DNA of 64,000 bases from Phoronis australis (GCA_002633005.1 NMRA01000266.1:391925-455924), one strand, 5' to 3'. Shown: positions 54,501 to 63,540, counted from the stretch's first letter. Translations and numbers: made by a program. Notes: a model not told the origin generated them from the sequence alone.

Positions 54501-57500
54501 CTTTATTTAAAGAGGATAAAAATACAATAAATGTGAAACATGCTTTAGCCAAAGGCTAATATCCAGCATGGTCCTCTGTGGTGCAAGTTGGCCTTTTATC
54601 TCCAAATTATCTTGAAATTACATATCTTGTGTCTAAATGACTTAGAAGCAATTCAAACTATTCAGTATATGGACTTCCCCACAGTCATATAATGTTTATT
54701 GCTGGATGGAATTTTCTGTGGTGATTGTTGTTGCCATGGTTGTAAATATTAGGATGTGCACACTTTTGACAGCGCCATCTTTTGTTTCAGAGTCAAATCA
54801 CTCTCATGGACTTGCCAGTGTTCAAGTCCATTGAACCAGAGGTAGGTTACCAAGAGTCTGTACTTAGTGTAATACCCACAAGTGCTCCTTATCAATAAAA
54901 TAGGTGTACGGTGCGATTTAGGTTTAACTTTAGCGTGTAATACTGTTGTAATAGTTGTGTAATACTGTTGTAATAATTGTGTAATTGATGGAAGTAGCCC
55001 AGTGATACCTGACTTAATTCAACAATTTTTTGATACAGAGCAGAATGGTCTGAGGCCTGTGTGTCTCAACACAAATTGACAAGTGTGCCTAGATGCTGCG
55101 TGTTGTGTTTGATCATTCAGCATCCTTTCAACTGCTGTCATGTAAATTGTAATTAAAGCAAAATTGGCCACGTTATTACTCTGTGACATACAGTACGTCA
55201 AAACTGTATTCTTATTTGTCATTGAGAAGTTGGATGGTCAAATGTTTGTTTCCATGTTCTCCTCAGGAGTTGGCCAGTTGTAAATGGACGTCGAAGGAAA
55301 AGCTGAGTAAAGCTCCAAATGTAGTCTCGTTCACACGGCGATTCAACCATGTAAGTAACAGCAACATGGCGGCCATGTCGTTCACATGGCGATCGCGTCG
55401 TGTAAGTAATAGTAACTTGTGTGTAGTGTCGTTTACACGGCAATTCAACCCTGTTATTAGCCATAACGTACCTGCAGTTTGGTTCAAATGCTAAGTCTAC
55501 AGTCACCAATTTTACATTGAAAGTACAAGTAACTTGCTTTTTACCTCGTTCACATGGCATTTCAACCACGTGCCTCTAGTCTCGGTTGTGTGGTGATTGA
55601 ACCATGTGAACAGCATTGGCTCTTATGCCAGCTCTGCGGCAGTTTATAAAAATGACTTTGTGGTGCATAAGGAAAGAAATGAGGCACGCATGAAACGCTT
55701 ATAGTTGTAACTTGTCAATCTTGTGTTGTCATAGTTACTATTCGCCATCTTGTTTGTGCTTGACAAACTCACAATTCAGCTTTGTAATGAATATCTATAT
55801 CGTGTTTTCAGGTGAATTTCTGGGTTCAGAAGGAAATACTAAGTGCCCAGACATTGAAAAACAGAGCTGAGGTGTTGGCACATTTTATAAAAATTGGAAA
55901 GGTAGGTCAACGGCAGTTGCTCTAATAAGTTGTTCAAGATTGGAGTTACTTGTAATTCGACGTGATTCAGATTTTTAAAGAAAAGTTCTGGCTGTCTAGT
56001 TATCAAAGGAGATTAGCCCTTTCCTCATGGTTTTTGTAAATGGTCGTGTCATATTTATAAATGGTCGCATTATATTTGTAAATGATCTTCTTGTATGTAT
56101 AATTAGTCTCATGGTATTTATAAAGCCATCGCATCGCATTGTATTTATAAAGAGTGTCATTGTATTTATGAATGGTGTCGTTGTATTTATGAATGGTGTC
56201 ACCATATTCCTTTACTGGTCTCACAGTAATTATAAATGATCTCATCGTGTTTGTAAGTAGTCTCGTTATATTTTATTATGGTCTCGCTGTATTTATTTAT
56301 TGGTCGCCTTTCGTTTTTACGGTCTTATCATATACATATTTATTTGCCTGACATTCACGCCACCTGTGGGTCTCATGTGTAACCTATACAGGAACTGTTG
56401 GAAACATGTCCCCCTGTGAAGTCTGAGGACATTACACAGAAAATACTACAACAAATAGTCTTTGAAAAGATTTCCTTGAAGATTTCCTTTAAAAATTAAA
56501 TGGCTGTAATCGGGGAAGTCTTTAAATCGTGTAAACTGAACATGCCAAGTGTAATGAACATACAGTAATTTGATCTTGCTTAAGGAAAAAGAAACCTACG
56601 TTTTCCCCGTATTGGAAAAAACGTCTGTGACTCAAAACCTTTATCACTTTCGGAATCGCCCTATTTATAACGTTATTTTGATGTTAATTGGTATTTTCAC
56701 CGTTATTTACCGATTTCGATTGGTTTCAGAAACTGCTGGAGCAGAATAATTTGCATGCTGTGATGGCGGTGGTGTCGGCCCTGCAGAGTGCGCCTATATT
56801 TAGACTCACCAAGACATGGTCGGTAAGTGATAGTGGCTGTGGTGTGTTTACTGTCAAGTGCCAAGAGTCTTGTGATACATATTGCCATGTGGAGTGTGAC
56901 TTGTGAGCTGTGGTGTTGACTGTCAAGTGCCAAGGGTCTCGTGACATATATTGCCATGTCCACTAGTGTGACTTGTGCACTCAAACACACAAGTTTAGCA
57001 TAAAAGGTCAGGTCGAACTCTGGCAAAATTCGAAACGTCGTAATTGAGAAACAGCTCGCTGGATTAATACGAAACTTTCAGATACTATGCTTTTTGCACT
57101 GTTATCCAAAAACGAATTGGAAAGGAATTGTTTTTAAGTGAAATTTTGTACTTTTGCGTGAGCAGGGATCAAATAAGACTTTTGAATCATAAAAAGGCTC
57201 TCAACAAAAAGTTATTTTTAGAAAACTGTAACAGTGCTTTTGAGATCTCACCTTGTAAATTTGTATCAAATAAAATTTTATCATGTTATTAATATCGTTG
57301 TTTTGATATCAATGGACCTTCCTTTTTTGCTAAATTTTACTAAAAACATGGTCAAGTGACCCAATTAATTACAGGTTAGCGAAATATCAAAAACGAAAAT
57401 CTTCATTCAGAAAATATATACCTTTAAGGTTTAAGTTTGTAGCTTTGTACGTATTTGTCTTACTATTGTCAATAAGGTCCTACATGCCTTTAAGAATCTG

Positions 57501-60500
57501 CCCCTTGAACTGTTTCTATACTTTGAGTTTAGTGACAACCCCCTCATCTCTGCCACCTTTTGTCAATTTCCTTTCGTCCTTTCAGATGTTGTCCAAGAAG
57601 GAACAGTCAACCTATGAGAAAATGGCCGATCTGTTCTCGGGTAACAACAACCGCCAGAGGTTACGACACTATATGGATAATGTCAAGTTGCCCTGTATTC
57701 CATATCTAGGTAGGTGCCGTTATATCTTGGTATTTCTTGTAGTGCGGTTCTTCCAAAGTGAAGTCGGGTCAATCTTCTGCAGTTAGGAGGTAAAAAGTTC
57801 ACTCTGCAAGGTGCCGTTATTGATAGCATGAATTTTAACTTCCTACCATTGTTAGTTGGCTTTGAAGCAGGAAGTTTGCTTTGAGTTCAAGGTCAACTGT
57901 GTAATCAGTCTGCTGGCCATCGGGATTTGCGTACAGATTTATGAACTACAATGTCACTTAAACTTCTGACAAGGTTGAAGCATGGGGAAAGTTAAAGGTT
58001 ACCAAACCCGGTTTTGGCTTATTAACGGATATTAAAAAACAACTTTCCCGTCAGTGATCTGAAACGAAATAATGCTCCGTAACCCTTGACAACTCTCCAA
58101 AGCTTGGAGGAAATTTTGAAAACTCCTTTCAAAGTGACCTAAATGGGAAGCGTGACATACGCTTTCGGTGACGTATACGGCAACTGTAGGGAAGGACCGA
58201 TTGTGACACAGAGTGTAAAATTATGAGTTTTCAGTTGAATCTTGGTTTTGTTACTTAAGTGGGATACAACTGAAGCATTAGCGGGTGACAGAATGAGAAT
58301 TGTTTGAAATCTTTAAAACATGTAACAAATTCTTGCCATGTTTCAATTTACTAAAAACAGAAATATTTGAATATCACAAAATTAATTAAGTTTCTTCCCA
58401 AAAAATTGTGAATTGCAAGTTTTCAACAGTCAGTTGACCCTCATGGTTCTACTGTTTGCAGAAGACTGGAAATGTAATGTGACCCAGGGTTAATGTCATG
58501 TGACCCAGGGTGAATGTCATGTGACCCAGGGTGAATGGGAGTGACTAGGAAAGCAGATGATATCAACATTATTCATAGTTATCCCACTTCTATTTTATCA
58601 TTTGTTCATAGTGTCTGTGAGTATGACTGACAAATGTCCCAAAAAACAATTAAATATCCTTTTAACAGCTGTCTCTCAGTTTCTAGGCAACTGAATTAAT
58701 TCTCCTATTATGAGTTCCGTAGACAAAGCATTCACTTAAAATATCCAAGTTTCTAAATTATTTGAATTGCGTTTTTCGTCCAGTTCAGTTCTATCATCCA
58801 TTTGCAGCCTGTTAATGTAAGCATCTGTCATTTCTTTGCACAGGTTTGTATCTAACAGACCTGATCTACATAGACGTGGCCCACCCCCACTCCGGTGGAC
58901 TAGAAAGTCAGCCTCGCAGGTTACAGATGAACAACATCCTGAGAATTATCTCAGAATTCCAGCAGTCTTCATACGGTCAGTTGGTCTCATCATCTCCGAA
59001 TTGCAGCTGTATTTGTGTGTATTTGTATGTATTTGTATGTATTTGCATGATCAGATGGGGGTGGACTCTCAGTAGGTACAGGTGGTGACACCTGTTGAGT
59101 CTATATTCTATTAGCCGGTTGGAAATATAAAAAAGTGGGTGGATGTTAAGTGGTGGTACACAAACTCTGTTCTGGAACACAAGGTACCTAAACTACATGG
59201 TCAACGGACTCATAAACACGGGCACGGACGCATGAACACGACCTGCAACCATTGTCTACTGACTCACAAACACGAGAATGGACTCACAAAACACGATCCA
59301 CGCACCCAAATACACGGGACACGGACTCATATTCACGAGGAAACACGGTTAATGGACCGCCAAACACGGGTCACGGGGTGATTGGCTTCCTGTGTCAGCT
59401 GACATCTTCATTTTGTCCATAAACCGTGTTTGGCGGTCCATTAACCGTGTTTCCTTGTGAATATGAGTCCATGTCCCGTGTTATTGGGTGCATGGATGTT
59501 TTGTGAGTCCGTTCCCATGTTTGCGAGTCAGTGGGCAGTGTTTGCAGGTCCGTGAGTCGTGTGTATGAGTCCGTTGACCATGTAGTTTAGGTACCTTGGA
59601 ACAAGTGTTTCAGTCCTACCTTCTTAATAGTGAAGTGCAATACACACCAAAGTGTTCAGACAAAATGAAATTTCGTCTGTCCGCCATATTGTGTCCCAAA
59701 CTGAAGAACTTTTACCGTAATGTTGAACAGGTTGTTTGTTCACAAGTTCACCAACGTGTCGTTCGTCTTGTTTATAATCCTGTTCATATGGAGACTTCCA
59801 GAATTGCGTACAATGAACAACGTCCTCACCAGGTGGCGTGTGCGTTTGCTTCCAGATTACCTGCCATATCTAGAACATATAGAAAACTATCTCAAGTCAG
59901 TCAGATACATAGAAGAGTTACAGAAGTTTGTAGAAGATGACAACTACAAGTAAGTAAACTTTAACGTTACTTTATTAGCTGAGTTTCGTTCGAAGACCTT
60001 TCCACTTGTTCCCTTCTATCTTTGCTGTGACCCTCCTTTAGTGTTTGTAGTAGAATTTGCGGAATTTAAAGATCATGTGTTGTAAGGTCTTGTTAGATGT
60101 TAAAAACCTACAGGCTTACCTTCAAGATGTCAAGAGGTCAAAAGTTAGGGTAAAAGGTCACTGAAGTGGGACAACAGTAATTTGTAAAGTTGACGTCTCA
60201 TTTTTTTCGTAGCTTCTTGCGGTGTTGTGAGTGTACAGATGTTCTGAAAAAATTGTGTGACGGCAAATATGATAAGAAACTTGACCATGCTGATGGATTA
60301 ATTTTGTGCTATGAGCCTATATTTTGCATGAAAAAAATCAAATTTCAGCTGTTAGCCATACTGACTGTACTAGAACTCTTTGATTGCCTTTCGGATACAT
60401 TTCCACTCATTTACTAAGATTCTTGCTAAAATAGACTGTGAGAGGCACTGATCATGTACTTTTTGTTTGGCATTATATATATGATACTTTCTCCACCCAG

Positions 60501-62967
60501 ATTGTCACTCAGAATATACGAAACTTTCTCAGCCCAGGTTATCACTCAAAGTATACGATACTTTCTCAGCCCAGGTTATCACTCAAAATATATGATACAT
60601 TTACGGCCCAGGTTATCACTCAAAATATATCATACTTTCTCTACCAGATTATCGCTCAAAATCGAGCCACCAGTCAGCACGCAGAACTCATCGTCAATCC
60701 AGCGCTCGAAGGATGACCTAAGTACACTTCCCCACGCAGCAACAGATGGCGTGCTGTTAAAAGTAATTAATACTCCCGGTGGCTCAAAGTTTGTGCCTGG
60801 ACATCGGAAGTCGCGAAGTCTAGGAACAAAGTAAGTTGTCATCGTTGGTGTTCTTGAAACCTAATGTTCTGTTTTGTGAATGAAGCAGATCCAGAGTGGT
60901 TTTGCAGTGTTGAAGTTACAGTGAAAATGATCTGTTATTTTGTGTAAAAAGTGCACGTATCGTATTGTATCGTGTCGTATCTTTGCGTCATTCTAGTTTC
61001 CTGCTCACCAGTCACGAGAAAACTCAGAGTCTTCCGACAAAAATCACGGCGCCTTACATTCAGGGCACACGCCATCTATTGGACGATAGTGTGTTGGAAG
61101 AGTCAATCCAGGGGTCCAGCGAGGGCTCCCTATCTGGTGCTACAGGTGTGTGGAGTCTCTTTTAGTGAGTGACAGTATTTGAGAAGTGAATCCAGTCGTC
61201 TAGTGAGAGCTGTCTGGTGAGAGCTGTCTGGTGGTACAAGTGGGCGGAGTCATGTTTAATGAGTGACAACGCTTAGTATGATAGTTTGAAATGTAGAAAA
61301 ATGATTTTTTTTTCACTGAATTAAAATTAAGCATACCGCAATGTTTCTGCTTCAGGCAAGAACGTTATGGTAACAAAAAAGGGAAATCCAAAGACAACAC
61401 GCCTCTGAATGTACTGTTTTAATAGCATTGAAGGTTTTGTAAACACAACAGTTCAACACTGGCATCAGAGTGGGTATTTTGTATACAATTTTTTACTTGA
61501 ATTACAAGTGCTTGGGAAAACAAAATGTTTTTGCCAAAACAATAGGAGCCTTTGGTAAGTTGAAGAAAAAGTCATTGATGGTTTGAAATATTAGCTCAAA
61601 TAGCTGTTTTTTATTTTAAATGGTTTACTAGGATTTTTGAAGTTGTTCAGAATTTGTGATTGCATAAGACGGATGATTCAATAAAACTTAAAATATTCAT
61701 TTTGTTCTGAAAATAAATCTACTTTTCCACTAAATTCTGGACTTTTCATGGTTGCTGTTGTCGCCGGTCTCCTCGGTTGAGATGATACCATGTCACATGT
61801 TTGTTCGTATATTCTCTCTGCAGCTTCTGAGGAGAATGACGGTTCAGAGACGAGTGACGATGTAGAACAGTTCTGGCCAGTACGTGACGGCTCCGATACA
61901 GACTCACTGCACTCTGAGTTGTACCAAGCCACGTTTACATGTGAAGGTTGTCTCAAGAGAAAAACACTGTTGAAAGATGGCAAGAAACCAGCGGTGAGTG
62001 CGCAGTTCCTGTATCAGTGTGGCGCCACCTTTGGGTAGCTCTGTAGGAGGAGGATGACAGACCCGCAGAAATCGTGTGTGGACATGGTTGTGCATACCTA
62101 AGTTGGTACTAGTCTGATATAACGTGGCTGCATTTTGAGAACCGGTTTTCTCCACTGAATAATAGGCATCAACTGGTTCTCAAAATGCAGGCACGTTATC
62201 ATCAGACTATTGGCCATTGGGTTGATCTGGGAATGAGCTGGAAAAGTATAGTGAACCATTTCGTTGTTTTGTTTGGATGTTTCACAAAGCATAAACTTCT
62301 GCGGAATGTCGATTTGGTCTTGTGCAGCAGTTGCTAGCCACCAAGGCATTTTTCAATAGATGGAGCAGTTTTCATTCACATTTCTCAACATGAAAATATC
62401 AAATGTTTGAATGCTAACTTCCAACCAATCAGAATGTGCGTATTTTCATTTAGTTCGTTCTTCATGGAGAAGCTTTGTTTACGTGATACCTTCCCATTGT
62501 TATCTATTTTAACACCAAGAAAAAGCAGACTACCCATTTCCTCCAGCCAGCCACCAAAACAAAGTGTCGCAAAACAACAGAATCCACATCAGTTTGGTAG
62601 CGATCATGAAACTCGGTGTTTTGGTGTTGATGTCCATGTGCTTGTTATAAAGGGCAGCCAGCTGCATGTAGCAACTGGGACCTCCTGGTTTTCCATACTT
62701 GACAAAGGCTAGATGAATCTGTGAGAGGTTGCTAGGAATCTTGTACTTAGCGATGACATACTTCCATTAGTAAGTAACGTGTTTTAAATCTTGCACACCG
62801 CTTAATGCTAAGTACTTGCGAATGTTTGGATTGACCTTGTTTCTCTGTGACCCGTGACCTTTGACTTCTTCCAGGTGTCGTCATGGAAGCGGTACTGGCT
62901 GGCATTGTGGGGTACCTCACTGCTCTACTACCCAGCTAAAGCTTTAAGTGGCAGTATACGAGGAAAT
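37046..62967 (+). CDS. RALGPS1: RalGPS-family Ras-specific guanine nucleotide-releasing factor (RALGPS1/2-like RalGEF), spliced and 3'-partial: join(37046..37065,45389..45575,51204..51317,54791..54841,55267..55350,55812..55901,56730..56822,57586..57709,58844..58975,59856..59949,60648..60830,60997..61145,61824..61993,62875..62967), 528 codons
   Basis: The spliced translation contains RalGPS hallmarks: [127 protein letters not shown] and the PH start [25 protein letters not shown]. All introns are GT-AG with matching phases. RALGPS1 and RALGPS2 cannot be told apart; this is probably a single pro-ortholog. Confidence 0.95.
39375..39419. repeat. 16-bp tandem repeat (catattcttggcctga) x3
   Basis: Directly visible. 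Confidence 0.88.
41545..41640 (+). mobile_element. tRNA-derived SINE or tRNA-pseudogene fragment (3' half)
   Basis: T-arm / Pol III B box ggtcctgGGTTCGAGTCCcggtcggggc; no intact 5' half or cloverleaf. Confidence 0.55.
45389..45575 (+). CDS. RALGPS1: RalGPS N-terminal extension exon ([18 protein letters not shown]...SSPHT)
   Basis: tgttgcag| acceptor; GC/CpG-rich coding-like island in AT-rich intron; open frame; ACG|gtaaac donor in phase 0, joining 51204 in frame. Confidence 0.75.
46291..46626. mobile_element. Tc1/mariner-superfamily-like MITE with TA target duplication
   Basis: TA|cggtaatatttctcctgtttggga ... tgccaaactggagaatttttaccg|TA. Single ends of the same family at about 20747 and about 59690-59719. 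Confidence 0.8.
47083..47185 (+). mobile_element. tRNA-derived SINE fragment (5' half)
   Basis: gggtcctcaaTAGCTCAGTGGtgagagcattgg resembles a tRNA D-arm / A box; B box missing. Confidence 0.45.
51204..51317 (+). CDS. RALGPS1: RalGPS exon ([38 protein letters not shown]), start of CDC25 domain
   Basis: tctttcag| acceptor, GCT|gtaagt donor; [11 protein letters not shown] is the RalGPS signature. Confidence 0.93.
52247..52470 (-). mobile_element. 5'-truncated, degraded CR1/L2-type LINE ORF2 C-terminal remnant
   Basis: Minus-strand translation [39 protein letters not shown] matches the typical (G.R)SF...A...WN.LP..I....S...FK..(L/I)K tail. Confidence 0.8.
54449..54578 (-). mobile_element. 3' end of a non-LTR retroelement (CR1/L2-like 3'UTR) with (ATT)n tail
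   Basis: Minus strand reads gaggaccatgctggatattagcctttggctaaa...tatcctctttaaataaagtt then about 16 ATT units; small tagcc/ggcta stem and AATAAA. Confidence 0.65.
54791..54841 (+). CDS. RALGPS1: RalGPS exon ([17 protein letters not shown])
   Basis: tgtttcag| ... GAG|gtaggt; 51 nt, phase 0/0; RasGEF helix motif. Too short for the ORF track. Confidence 0.93.
55267..55350 (+). CDS. RALGPS1: RalGPS exon ([28 protein letters not shown])
   Basis: ctcctcag| ... CAT|gtaagt; conserved CDC25 segment. Confidence 0.93.
55318..55615 (+). repeat. Tandem copies of exon 3' end plus splice donor (51-bp unit, 4 extra degenerate copies)
   Basis: tcgttcaca.ggc.attcaacca.|gt recurs with donors at 55351, 55402, 55453, 55570, 55606. 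Confidence 0.85.
55812..55901 (+). CDS. RALGPS1: RalGPS exon ([30 protein letters not shown])
   Basis: gttttcag| ... AAG|gtaggt; conserved CDC25 segment. Confidence 0.93.
56030..56310. repeat. Degenerate about 21-bp AT-rich minisatellite (ttgtatttataaatggtgtcg-like)
   Basis: More than 10 diverged units; source of the FINT-repeat spurious ORFs. Confidence 0.85.
56730..56822 (+). CDS. RALGPS1: RalGPS exon ([31 protein letters not shown])
   Basis: ggtttcag| ... TCG|gtaagt; NN...AL.S..I.RL..TW CDC25 motif. Confidence 0.95.
56836..56980. repeat. About 70-bp tandem duplication immediately after a splice donor
   Basis: gctgtggtgt..actgtcaagtgccaag.gtct.gtga.a.atattgccatgt...gtgtgacttgtg occurs twice. 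Confidence 0.9.
57586..57709 (+). CDS. RALGPS1: RalGPS exon ([41 protein letters not shown]+G)
   Basis: cctttcag| ... CTA G|gtaggt; PCIPYLG motif; phase 0/1. Confidence 0.95.
58478..58537. repeat. 21-bp tandem repeat (atgtgacccagggtgaatgtc) x3
   Basis: Directly visible. Confidence 0.9.
58844..58975 (+). CDS. RALGPS1: RalGPS exon ([43 protein letters not shown])
   Basis: ttgcacag| ... TAC G|gtcagt; phase 1/1; QMNNILRII motif. Confidence 0.95.
59180..59598. mobile_element. Foldback / long-TIR MITE (419 bp, about 190-bp arms), possibly Mutator-like
   Basis: Outer 33 bp perfectly inverted (caaggtacctaaactacatggtcaacggactca); arms alignable to about 59372/59423 around a 50-bp spacer; ggaaca repeated on both flanks. 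Confidence 0.92.
59856..59949 (+). CDS. RALGPS1: RalGPS exon ([32 protein letters not shown])
   Basis: gcttccag| ... TAC AA|gtaagt; phase 1/2; strongly conserved RalGPS segment. Confidence 0.95.
60478..60661 (+). repeat. 37-bp tandem array x5 of splice acceptor plus exon start
   Basis: tata.gatactttctc..cccag|rttatcactcaaaa; AG ends at 60500, 60537, 60574, 60611, 60647. Confidence 0.93.
60648..60830 (+). CDS. RALGPS1: RalGPS exon ([13 protein letters not shown]...[11 protein letters not shown]+N), end of CDC25 domain and linker
   Basis: ctctaccag| ... ACA AA|gtaagt; phase 2/2. The acceptor choice is ambiguous because it is the last of five tandem copies. Confidence 0.88.
60997..61145 (+). 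CDS. RALGPS1: RalGPS linker exon ([13 protein letters not shown]...[12 protein letters not shown]...GAT)
   Basis: cattctag| ... ACA G|gtgtgt; phase 2/1; [10 protein letters not shown] is a conserved RalGPS linker motif. Confidence 0.88.
61824..61993 (+). CDS. RALGPS1: RalGPS exon (acidic linker plus start of PH domain, ...[18 protein letters not shown])
   Basis: ctctgcag| ... GCG|gtgagt; phase 1/0. Confidence 0.92.
62104..62216 (+). mobile_element. About 115-bp palindromic mini-MITE, copy 3
   Basis: tagtctgatataacgtg.ctgcattttgagaacc / ggttctcaaaatgcag.cacgttatcatcagacta with loop ctccactgaataataggcatc. Confidence 0.85.
62875..62967 (+). CDS. RALGPS1: RalGPS PH-domain exon ([31 protein letters not shown]); gene continues beyond window
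   Basis: cttccag| ... AAT|gtaagt; W.RYW..L.G..L.YY PH pattern. Confidence 0.93.
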
Positions 62968-63056
62968 GTAAGTCTTTGTTCTAGTTCTCTTATTTTGTGT
63001 AGCGGTGGGAAGACATTTAGGGGAAAGTGGAACGTAATGAACGTCGAATCTCTGAC

Positions 63057-63540
63057 CAGGCCTTCATGCAGCGTACGTCCAAATGGACGCCCTAGCACTA
63101 ATCTGGACACCCTGGCAAGGACGCCCAATGTATCATTTGGACACCCACTATCAATAAGAACCTTTCAAGTTTGGACTCACACATTGTAATGAATACTAGG
63201 AAGCCTCTGAAGGCTCACAGTGGGGGCTCTTTTTTTCAAAGCAGGAAGAAATATACAATGTATATACAAAGTATTTGCATTGTTGCTATTTTGACACTTG
63301 ATTGACAGCATTATAAAAGTCTTGGTCTACACAGTTTTTTTAGTAAAAATGCTCACCATAGAAGGCTGTTTTATAAACTTAGATGTAAAAACCTTGATCT
63401 ATGCATTTTTTGTAAAAAAAATCTGTGTGTTTGGGGGTATTGCTGGAGGTGGGGGATTACGCGCCGGAATCATGGACGCCCTGGAATATTGGGAACCCCA
63501 TTTTGGACACCTTATTTTCAAAATCCTGGATAAAGGCCTG
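63057..63540. mobile_element. Non-autonomous hAT MITE (484 bp) with 8-bp TSD
   Basis: TIR caggccttcatgcag / ctggataaaggcctg; perfect TCTCTGAC on both sides (63049-63056, 63541-63548); subterminal tggacrccc repeats. Confidence 0.92.

Noticed and set aside
55996-56245. Repetitive FINT/YKYN proteins on both strands
   Set aside because: Translations of an intronic minisatellite whose period is a multiple of three.
19044-58320. TTAA-flanked Kolobok-like MITEs (ttaaagg...ctttaa at about 19045-19382, 31375-31485, 57003-57427, 57992-58315)
   Set aside because: Only 5-7 terminal bases match between putative ends, so element boundaries could not be supported.
60478-60661. 37-bp repeats as a CRISPR array
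   Set aside because: Units are contiguous with no unique spacers, there are no cas genes, and the context is a eukaryotic intron.
51318-62874. Nested antisense ANGPTL-like gene, as found in vertebrate RALGPS introns
   Set aside because: No fibrinogen-domain or coiled-coil coding exons were seen on the minus strand, and most of these introns are about 1 kb or shorter.
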